The notes under the pieces were generated by a model that was given only the letters and a program-made list of their open reading frames with translations, did not search any database and had not been told where the DNA came from. From Octopus sinensis (taxonomy: Eukaryota): a DNA stretch of 64,000 bases. How positions within the stretch are numbered: the stretch's first letter is position 1; every line of letters starts with the position of its first letter. The translations under genes were made by a program, and so were the position numbers. The stretch lies in NCBI RefSeq assembly GCF_006345805.1, contig NC_042998.1:23126001-23190000 (forward strand), read 5' to 3'. Below are positions 1 to 9,700 of the stretch, one piece after another.

Positions 1-147
1 TGAGACTATATTCTCAGGATATTTTGAGAATTGTTTTCGTGTCTTTACCAGATATATTTCAATTTTAGTTTCTATTTTCAAGACACGAAGTTTGCACCAT
101 TTTGGAATTACAAACAAAAATTAAGGTGATGATCGAAATCAAATTTG

Positions 148-574
148 ATGACTGGCATCCGTGCTAGTGGAGTGCTAAGAGCACCATCCGAGCGTGATTG
201 TTGCCAGAGCAGCTAACTGGCTTCCATGCCAGAGGCACATAAAAAGCACCATTTGAGCGTGATCGTTACCAGCGTTGCCTTACTGGCACTTGTGCTAGTG
301 ACGCATGAAAAGACAATTGAGCGAGGTTGTTGTCAGTGTCACTGGACTGGCTCCTGTGCAGGTGGCACATAAAAAAACACCATTTGAGAGGGGCCGTTGC
401 CAGTATCACCTGACTGGCCCTCGTGCCAGTGGCACGTTAAAGCACCCACTACACTCTCGGAGTGGTTGGCATTAGGAAGGGCATCCAGCTGTAGAAACAC
501 TGCCAGATCAGATTGGAGCCTGGTGCAGCCATCTGGTTCGCCAGTCTTCAGTCAAATCGTCCAACCCATGCTAG
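148..574 (+). mobile_element. SINE-like repeat (family 'C': internal ~65-bp subrepeats, ...catgctagcatggaaagtggacgttaaac(gat)n tail), 5' part, interrupted by a solo LTR
   Basis: Repeated ggcacataaaaagcacc subunits, then the family body cactacactctcggagtggttggcattaggaagggcatccagctgtagaaac, which recurs at about 33970, 46705 and 33030. The sequence breaks at ccaacccatgCTAG and resumes at 1132. Confidence 0.85.
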
Positions 575-1131
575 TGTAGTGATCCTATACAACAGCGCGT
601 GCGCGCAACGCCCTCTCGCGAATACACGAAGTCCGGAAGAGGGAATTTTGCTGACGTGGCCTTAGCTTATTTAGGCGAAGGGAGCGCGAGCCTTAACAAA
701 GAGGCAAGGGAGCGTAAAAGCGTTGACCATTGGCGTCTGGCAGACAGCGGCAGGCTTTCCATAGAAGCAGACGTTTAATTCGCTCTCTCTCCGGTTTTGA
801 TAGCAGCAGTCTTTTGGCCAAAGACTTTTAACCTGAATTGTTGCAGTCAACATCATCTTCTTCCTCCGGACGCCATTTTTGACCCGTTCTGTTTTTAGCG
901 GCTGAACATTGTAAATATTACAATCGATTAACTTTCAGCCTTGCGCGCCCAGAACCAAGGATATCAGATATACCACTGATCTCTCACCATAAAACAATAA
1001 AGTATATCTATTTTTTACGTCTGCGTTTTGTGTTTCTTTGACTGGTAGAGTCTGGATATAAAAGCAACGGAAAGTGATTGCTTCTCGCACCCCCCCAAAA
1101 GGTCCGGAGAAGATATTCACATTTCCCTACA
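575..1131. mobile_element. Solo LTR (557 bp), probably Ty3/Gypsy-like
   Basis: Starts TGTAG and ends CTACA (TG...CA; TGTAGTGA vs reverse complement TGTAGGGA). Flanked by a 4-bp direct repeat CTAG (571-574, 1132-1135) that splits a SINE. AATAAA at 996-1001 is followed by a T/GT-rich tract. CpG-rich relative to flanks. Confidence 0.8.
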
Positions 1132-1172
1132 CTAGCATGGAAAGTGGACGTTAAACGATGATGATGATGATG
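1132..1172 (+). mobile_element. 3' remainder of the SINE split by the solo LTR
   Basis: ctagcatggaaagtggacgttaaacgatgatgatgatga continues the family tail seen intact at about 34100-34140 and 46825-46868. Confidence 0.85.
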
Positions 1173-1811
1173 GGGAGATAGGGGCATGTTTGTATGTATG
1201 TTTGTATGGGTTTTTTTCAAAGAATTAACAGCATAACTAAAATGAAAATTACTTAAAAATTGAAACTGAGTTTTGGTTTTAAATCTTCAGGTGTGTACCT
1301 CCTGCTCCACAGCACCTTCTGTCTTATTTCATAAAAGCAGAAGTACCTGGCATTGACCAGATTAAAAATACAATGAAATTTCATTCAAAAATTTCATATA
1401 CAAGTTTTTTCTTAATAATTATTGCGATTGGTATTTCTAACATTACTGACATAACAAATTCTGTGAGATTAACAATAATACTATACTTGAACTAGAAAAC
1501 AGATAGAAGCAAGTTTTGATCAAACTTCTTTGTATAAATTATTATGCGTTTTTACCAGTGGAGTATAAATGAAAAGAGAGAGTGTATGCCTGATGTCATT
1601 TGGCTGCCATTACTAGCTATGGTGCTGACCATTGTAGAATGTATTTCCTGTCCTTTCACGTTAAGTCAGTTCACGAGAGAGAAGGGGATGAACACAACCG
1701 CTAACACACTAACAAGACCACATCACACACACATACTGCATTAACTGCTATTTATTTTTTTGTAAACAGCCAAAACTAATGGTTGAGTCAAATTTTCAAG
1801 GGACATCAGCA

Positions 1812-2556
1812 ATAAGTGGCCCACATAAGTTGGAATTTCTCAGTTTTGATGGGGATTTTTCAGATTCTTTTCAGTGCCCTTGGAAATAATCTAAAGCATC
1901 TTTTTAACAAAAAATTTGAGGGGAAAAAAGGAATTTTTAAAAATCTCTCCTTACCTCTTCTCTCTGGACTAATTTGGATCAATTTTGGGGGGAACTACGA
2001 ACCTAAAAATTATAGAAGCGTTTACGATTAAAAAAAAAAGTAAATATTTTCAGACGTAAAGGTGTGTGACTAAAGGGAGATTTAGCTGTTGTTTCTAACA
2101 TATCCCATGACCGGTAAGGTTTAAGGTTGATAAAAATAATGAATTTTCCAAAATGTTTTTTTTAATAGTATAAATGAGTTTATGCTATTAATGGGGAGAA
2201 AATATTGCAAAACATCAATACTTGTCAGAGTGACAAAGAAACGAGGAAGGTGGCCATGGAATATGCTAGAAACAACAGCCAAATCTCCCTTTAATATTTG
2301 CATTTTTTTCTACCAGAAAGGCTTCTCCAATGATTTTTAAGTGTGTAGTGCTCAAAAAAAATCATTGTGCATAGTGCCCACAAAGTCGACCAAAATCGAT
2401 CTGGAGAGGGGAAGATTGTGAGGGTGGGGTTAAAAGACCCATTTTTTTTTTTTTTGTTAAAAAGATGCTCCAGATTATTTCCTAGGGCACTGAGAAAAAT
2501 AAATTTGAAAAATCCCTGTCAAAACGGAGAAATTCCAAATTATGTGAACCGCCTAT
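1812..2556. mobile_element. Degenerate foldback element with long inverted arms (about 1812-2050 and 2293-2556)
   Basis: cacataagttggaatttctcagttttgatggggatttttcag...cagtgcccttggaaataatct...catctttttaacaaaaaa matches the reverse complement of 2455-2546. Confidence 0.65.
2072..2292. mobile_element. MITE with 41-bp terminal inverted repeats, nested inside the foldback
   Basis: aaagggagatttagctgttgtttctaacatatcccatgacc (2072-2112) vs reverse complement of 2252-2292, 4 mismatches. Confidence 0.75.
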
Positions 2557-2709
2557 CACTCTCGTCTGCCAAATTTTTGTTGAATGAGGACTGCCTCTTG
2601 TCCCTTAAGAGAACATAGGTCCAAATTTGAAAACAACGTATAGCTGAGTCTAAGAGCCTTTCCTGCCAAATTTGAACATGATTGGATAACTGATTTTTTA
2701 GCGCATTGG

Positions 2710-3062
2710 TAATAATAATAATAATAATGAAATTATTGTATGCAGTGCTCAGGTGCACCACAACTTGTCAAAAGTGCGTATAAAGCATATGCAGTAATGT
2801 ACAAATGTCTGGAAAGCGAACAATGCATGAGTCAGATACATGCTTGTATGTGTATGGAGGGGAGAAAATCAGGTGTAGTGTTGGCGAATCTCAGGAAGCG
2901 TGGAAGTTTTGAAGGATGCAGTGCTCCGACAACTAACAACTGATGCCGGCAGTTTGTTCCATGCTTCAGCAACTCTTAGCGTGAAAAAGTGTTTCTGAAA
3001 GTCATGGGAGCTGTGCTGTTTTCTGACTTTGTAAACATGTCCACGGGTGTTAGACAGGCGGA
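2710..3062 (-). mobile_element. CR1/L2-clade LINE 3' fragment
   Basis: Minus-strand translation KHFFTLRVAEAWNKLPASVVSCRSTASFK resembles the CR1-type ORF2 C-terminus (FF..RV...WN.LP..VV...FK); ends in a (TAA)n-type tail. A near-identical copy lies at about 56570-56856. Confidence 0.75.
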
Positions 3063-3573
3063 GACAAACAAACAAACAAGCAATTTTATATATACAGATT
3101 AGACTGCTTTATTATTTTGTTTTACTATTGCAGATGAATTAACAACAAAAAGAAAACAATATATTTATCAAAGTCAGAAAATCTATTGAAGGTTCTGGTG
3201 GTGGACTGACAAAACTGTTGCAGTTAGTTACAGCCTCTAATGTTTTGAGTTCAAATCTAGCTAAGGTTAAATTTGTTTCTTCTCTTCAGAGATTAATAAA
3301 ATAAAAATACCAGCCATGTTCTGGGGTTGATTCCAATAATGTATTCTAGATGTGAGTGGAATTATATGAGAGAAAGAAGTGATCATTAAAATTCACATAA
3401 AATGTTTCATTTTCTCTGAGAATTTTAAAATCAACATTTATTTTACGTATACCATTTATATTAGTCAGATTGGTGTGCTCACTGTGATTGTTGCTTTCAC
3501 TACCTTTCAGCTATCGTATGCAACAGCTTTCTTCAAGTATCTTGCGTTGAACTCAGTTGTTGTACAACAGAAG

Positions 3574-3616
3574 ACACCTGAAGAAGGCTGGAGAATACAA
3601 CAGCTGAAACATAGTG
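3574..3616 (+). ncRNA. Penelope-type minimal hammerhead ribozyme motif, slightly degenerate
   Basis: ACAC-CTGAAGA-A-GGCTG-(loop)-CAGCT-GAAAC-AT-A-GTG: core CUGANGA at 3578-3584, stem II, GAAA at 3606-3609, stem I CAC/GTG. Stem III reads ACAT instead of the palindromic ACGT. Confidence 0.55.
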
Positions 3617-3708
3617 AAAGCAACAATCCAGATCAGGATACCAGCCTGACTAATAAAAACAGAACACATAATATAAATTCCTCATTTCAGAAATATAGAA
3701 TAGTAACA

Positions 3709-3714
3709 TTTATT
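3709..3714 (-). terminator. Candidate polyadenylation signal of CFAP46
   Basis: AATAAA on the minus strand about 15 nt after the stop codon; proximity is the only support. Confidence 0.3.
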
Positions 3715-3729
3715 GTTCTTTTCCATTTT

Positions 3730-6700
3730 TTAAGTCTGTGTCACAAATAAATTTGGTAGTCCATAGCACACCATGTTAAACCAGTTAGGTCTTACTTCTT
3801 TGTCATCAAGTTGTGATAGGGACTTTATAGGACTGACAGATGTAGAACTAGCTGTTGCAGCTAATTTCGCATCTTTTTTCTTGTCAGCTACAGTATTTTT
3901 TTTACCAGATATTTTATCTTTGTTAACATAGTTTTCTGTGCTACGTTTTTCCTCCATCTTCAAAAATGGTACCTGAATATGTCGAAGTGTTTCCCCTGTA
4001 GAATACCCATCAGACAGCAAACATTTCATGGCTGTCTTCATATGCTTTATGTTCTGGTTGAGTTGGCATGACCATTGATTACCCATGATGCAATGTACTC
4101 CTGCTAGACTAAGCAGTAATGCGACTGAAACTGGATTTTCCAAAGATAAAACATCGTCTGATTTTGAAGCATCATGAAGAGAAAGACGCCTAAAGCTTGA
4201 ATAATTTTCACTTAAATCAAACTGACAGACCAACAGGCATTTTGAAATGTTAAAAGCAGGAATTTTTACTGGATTTAAATAAGATGTTATTTTGTAAGGA
4301 GCAAGGAAAATGAAAGATCCACTTTCATTTAGATATGTTTCCCATTCTCCACTGCTTGCATTTCGAATATCTCCACTAAGTCCAATCCATTGGGATGTAT
4401 AAGATTGTTCATATTCAGCTAAGAGAGATTTAAAAATCTTACAGAGATCATATTCTTCAGGTTCATTAAATTCATAATTGACATCTACCATGTATTTGAA
4501 TGAATCTGTAATGATAGATTGACCCCATGGTGGCATTACATGATCGACAAGCTCTCTCTTCCGTTTCTTGCCAGTTTCTTTATTTACTGGTATACGGGTT
4601 GGTAGTGGTGGAGGCTGTTGCTGTTGTTTTTTGTCTTTCTTCTTTTTGTCTTTAGTTTCCTCAACGACTTCCTCTTGGTGGAATCTATGATAAAATAATT
4701 GCAAAGAAATGTCTCGTGACACTGATATTATATTTTCAAATTCACGAAATACACTCAAAGATTCCAGAGGAAGTTCAAGTAAGTCTGAATCAGCTAAAAT
4801 AATAATACAACCATTCTCCGAACTTTCTTTAAAAGCGGTGCTTGAATATGTTGGTGCAAAAGTGTGTTGCAAAGCTGTTCGCAGTGGCTGAAGTACAGCA
4901 GCAAAATAATCTTCCATTAAGGCAACAATTTCTTCAAATTTTTCCTGCATCCACTCTTCATCATTCTCAATCACAAAACTTTCTGATATAGCTGAATCAC
5001 AAGGTTCAAACTTTAAAGTATCAAGCATGTTTTTATAGTCAGACTGATTTTTTATTTGGAATTCTTTTTTGAGCAATGCTCGCCTGACATCTTTTTTATA
5101 AAGCTTTAACATGTTTAGAAGCTGGTGTAGTTTATCGGGATTAACTCTGAATTTTGCCAGAGAAGATCGTTTTAATAAACTTTGCGTTGTACTTACCGTT
5201 GGTTGTTTAGGGGCCGCTGCACTTTTAATTGATTTGTACTTCTCTAGGAGACTATAAAATATAAAATTTTTGTCAGGTGAATGCTGTAGAACTATAAAGT
5301 TGAAGTTGGAAGGGAATTCCTTTGCTATATCAAAATGATTTGTTAAAATCATTGTACTTTTCCAAGCCTGCCATTCTGTCTCCAATGAATTTGTTACAGA
5401 AGAATACGTATCAGTGCAGATGAAGTTTTTCTCAGCATAATTATTTAACATGTGTCTTCTTTGATGCAGAAGTGCTGCCAAACGACAACTGTAAGGGTTT
5501 GGTTGGCTGATCCCGAGTAATTTCTTTAAATGACAAGATGCCTGACAACTTTGATACAAAGCAAGGAAATGAGATGCAGCAATAACATCAAATTGGCCAA
5601 TAGACTTCAAAAGTTCATATGAAGCCTGCATAATTATATTTGTTTGTTTAAGTTGAAAAGCAGTATTTAAAGCTTGAGCTAAGCATTCAGCTGCTTGAGC
5701 AAAATAACAAAAGGAAATGTCCTCCTTCCATTTAATTTCTTTAATTTTCTTGGATAAATTTGGAATTTGATTTAAGTGATTAAAAAATGGATTTTTTCCT
5801 TCTTTGCTTTCATCAGATTCTGTATTTTCAGTATCTGGTGTCTCTTTATCTGGCACTATATCAAACAGTGACCATAACAGAGAGGGATTTGCTTGTTTTA
5901 AGAATGACAAATTGAGCAAACATTTGCCAATGATAAGCAAACTTCTAGATTTAATCCACAGTATTGTTCTAGCAAGACTATGTGCTGAAGTTGCTTGGGA
6001 CAGAATTTCATTAGCAATCCACTGCTTGCTTGTTGTCCATTCTTTCTCAGTTTCCAAATACTCGGGAGATTTGTTGATAAACTCCTCTTCTAGTTTTATC
6101 CTTTCAATATCATATTGATGCTTCTGTATTTTTTCAATTTCATGATTGGTTTGGATTGTTTGAATTTCAACCATAACTTCAGCACAACTTCTCTGCAAAT
6201 TAGACAATTCTCGATGAATAGGTAAGCTTAAATTAAAATCTTTAGGAAGTATCATCATTATATCATTAAATATAGCTCGAGCATGTTCTATGGCTTGATT
6301 AAAGACCTTTACAGAATGTAGATAATATGACTGCATACTGTTTGTGTTGTTTGTGGTTGACAGAGCAATTTCATGTAGTAATTTGGCATGGTTGTGCATG
6401 ACTTTGACAGCAGCTTTTGTAAACTTATGCTTGAGAAGAAATTCAGTTGAAATGTCAAAATAATTCAGTGGTGACTGAAACACTTCTTGTAGAGAAGCCG
6501 AAGGAAGGTCATTATATCGGCTCATATAGTATTTAATTTGAACTTCACCAAGTTTTGCTTGAATTAAAGCAATTGTATAATGATAACTGAGAGCTTGGTT
6601 TGGTCTGGTCAAAGATAACTTTTCAAATTCTTTAATGATTCTTTGTAGAAACTCTTCAACAAATTCATATCCATTTTTAGGAAAAGTTTGAAGAGCAGCA

Positions 6701-9700
6701 TCAGTTTTCAACATTACTATTTCATACCAATATTCCATATCACCAACCATAATTTCTTCAGCTTTCATACATAAATCAAATGCATCTTTGTATTGAGCCT
6801 CAACAAAAGCAAGTTTAGCTTTTAAAAAGCATAATTTTCCTTGGTAGAATATATCTTTGAAACCTACAGCAAACTTATATGCCTCAATTAAGTATTTCCT
6901 GGCAAGCTGGTAATGTGTTTGCTCGATCAATGCTTCAGCAGTCTTTGTCCAAATTTGGTAGACAAAAGTGTCTTGAAAATAATGCCCTAAATGGCATTTA
7001 TGAAGTAGTTTTTCTTTTTCTGCTTCCGATGAAATGTTTGGTTTAATGCAATAGTTATTCCTTTCTTGAACGTATTCATAAAATTTCTCTCTTATTTCAA
7101 TCAACTCATTAGGAGCAATACCAGACACCTGATTGATGACGTTTTCATGGAAGGAAGAACACTGTGGCAAATTGAGTTCGGCACATATTTCCATTCTTTT
7201 ACAATGAGTATAAAGAACGAAGGATTTAGAATGTGCTACAAATGAGGCTATGGTATGGTTCAAAGCTAACACCGGTAAAGTTAAGTGGTGAAACCCAATA
7301 TTTTGAAGATTAGTTACCAATTTATCAAAGTAATACAAGCTTATCATTGGATCAGGGAAGGATTTTTCATTAATTCCTGTAGTCTCTAAACTTTGATGGG
7401 TAAAAATTTCTTCTAAATCACATGGTACTTCAAACACAGCCCATTCTTCTGGAGTTAGAGTAGAAACATTGGTGCTTAAGAATTTCTTTTTATTCTTTTC
7501 TTTTGTTGGAGATATACAGTTTTCGTTTTTCTCTTTCTTGTCTTTTCCCTTTTGTTTTGATTGAAAATCAGATTTGTTTGAGACTCCAGAGTCTTTATTG
7601 GTAAGTGTATTGTTCTTCGGGATTTCGAAGTAAAAGCTTAATGCAGCAGCCATGCACACTTGCCACAGCCTTATTGTAAATGAGTAAGCCAAGAGAGAAT
7701 ATTTTTCATAAAAAGGAGATGCAGGAGTGTAAATTGCGCATAAAAGGACATAGCTTTTGATCAAATAATTCAGTTGTTTCACATTGTTCATTCTTCCTGT
7801 AACTGCAGTACAGTCTTGAAGTGGAACTCCAATAATGATTTCTTTCTCCTGAGGAACATAAAACTGAAAGTCCATCTGCACAACATTTTCATTAATGTTG
7901 GAATTAGGAAGATTTTCAGTGTCTTGAAGAATAGTGTCTTGAGGAATAGTGTCTAATTGTAAAGCACTAACCCTTGGTGTTTTATCTCCTGGTTTTTCTC
8001 CGTCTATTTCAGGAGTCATGCACATAAGAATATCTATAGCCCATTCTATTTGATCCACAACAATTTGTTCAGGCATTTGGTATGTATAAAGCCACTCACT
8101 GAATTCAAGCAGATAATGAAATTTCTGCCAATTGTATTCTTCACTTGAGAGACTTTCAATTGCTTTTTGATATGCAATACACTGTTCTGATAATTTATTG
8201 CTGTGTAAAGCTATGTCTCGCCACATCACTGCAACAAAATCTTCTTTCTCATCTCGAAATCTTTGGAGATCCATTAACATGTTTTCCCCTAGTTTTGCTT
8301 TGACCATAATTCTTCGTCTGAATAACTGAATTTTATGAAAACTGTGTGGCAGGTCAGCTATAGCAGTGTTGAGGATTTTAATAACCGTTTTCCAGTCATT
8401 GCTGTCTTCGTAGCTTTCACATAAGACAATATATAAAGAGACCTGGAGCTTCTGGTCATCATCATCAGCATTAATCAGAACAGGGTCATTCTCCCAATTT
8501 CTCCCAATGTAGCCATACAATGTGATTCGATTAACATCAGGCACATAGGAATTGGTTTTTTCAATACTGTTTAACTCTGTGATTTTGTTTGTGACTTTGG
8601 ATATATAGGAAAGAATTTCTTGAAGAGACGCTTTCAGAGATTTTCTTTCGGAGCTAATATTTATCAAAGGTAGAATTGTATTCCAATAATTTCTGGCAGC
8701 TTTCATCAAAATCTGATAATTATGTGATGGAATGGAAAACTCTGCAGCTTTTATAAAATTATTTATAGTTTCCCACCGATCAGTTTGCCCTTCCATATTT
8801 TCGGTCATACTTTGACCCATCAAAAGAAACAAATAACTAACTTTTTCTTCCATGTAACCATTATTTATGCCACTTCCAGTCTTCTCTTTTGCACAAGCAA
8901 CAGATATTTCAGTCAAATATGAATCTGTTACTGCTTTTGCAACTTTTATCACAAGCTCATAATTTTTATAATTATAGAGAATTTCAGCTAATTGAGTACA
9001 AAGCTGTAGTTTAAGCAAATTATCTCTCCAGAGATGTTTCAGTACTGTGGCCACTAAGTTTGGCAATGGCAATAGGTCTTTGAATTCCAGAACCCCATTT
9101 TTTGTATGTGTATACATTTCTATATCGACAATAATTTGTGATAATTGTTTCTCAGGATCATCATCTTTAATTGAATTCCTATTAATCTGCTGTTGTGACA
9201 TTTGCTTAGCTATGACCCAAGTTTTTAACAATGAAGCTTTCATAGGTAAAGGTATGGAAGAAATTTGCTTTTTTTTATTGGTAATATCAATAGCATATTC
9301 ACAAACCTCTATGGCTCTTTTTAGATCAGGTAAAGCTTGAGGTGGAATTAACACCAGTGGAGGTTTTGATTGATTTTTTGACACAGATTTTTCTGGAGAT
9401 GCATAAAGTCGAGTTGGTGATTCATTATTTATATCTGGAATTGAAGGCATCCATGGCATCATAAGTCCTGTAGCCAAATTTATACAGATATTTATAAGTA
9501 AGATAATAAATTCACTATAATCAACTTTTTGCATACCTTCCAAAATAGTTGAAAAACAACCAACAATTTCAGATTGACGATTTTGCTCAATAATATGGAG
9601 GTTGTAATTCCAAAGATAAGTAGCAGCATTACCAACAATGTGGCTGTCATTCAGGTTGTATCCAAGAATAAGACCTCGAAGAAAACTAGAACTAATTTTG

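Noticed and set aside
595-900. CpG-rich housekeeping promoter or first exon (ETS, CRE, YY1 motifs; AAAATGGCG on the minus strand)
   Set aside because: It lies wholly inside the TSD-flanked solo LTR, and the minus-strand ATG at 876 hits a stop after 7 codons.
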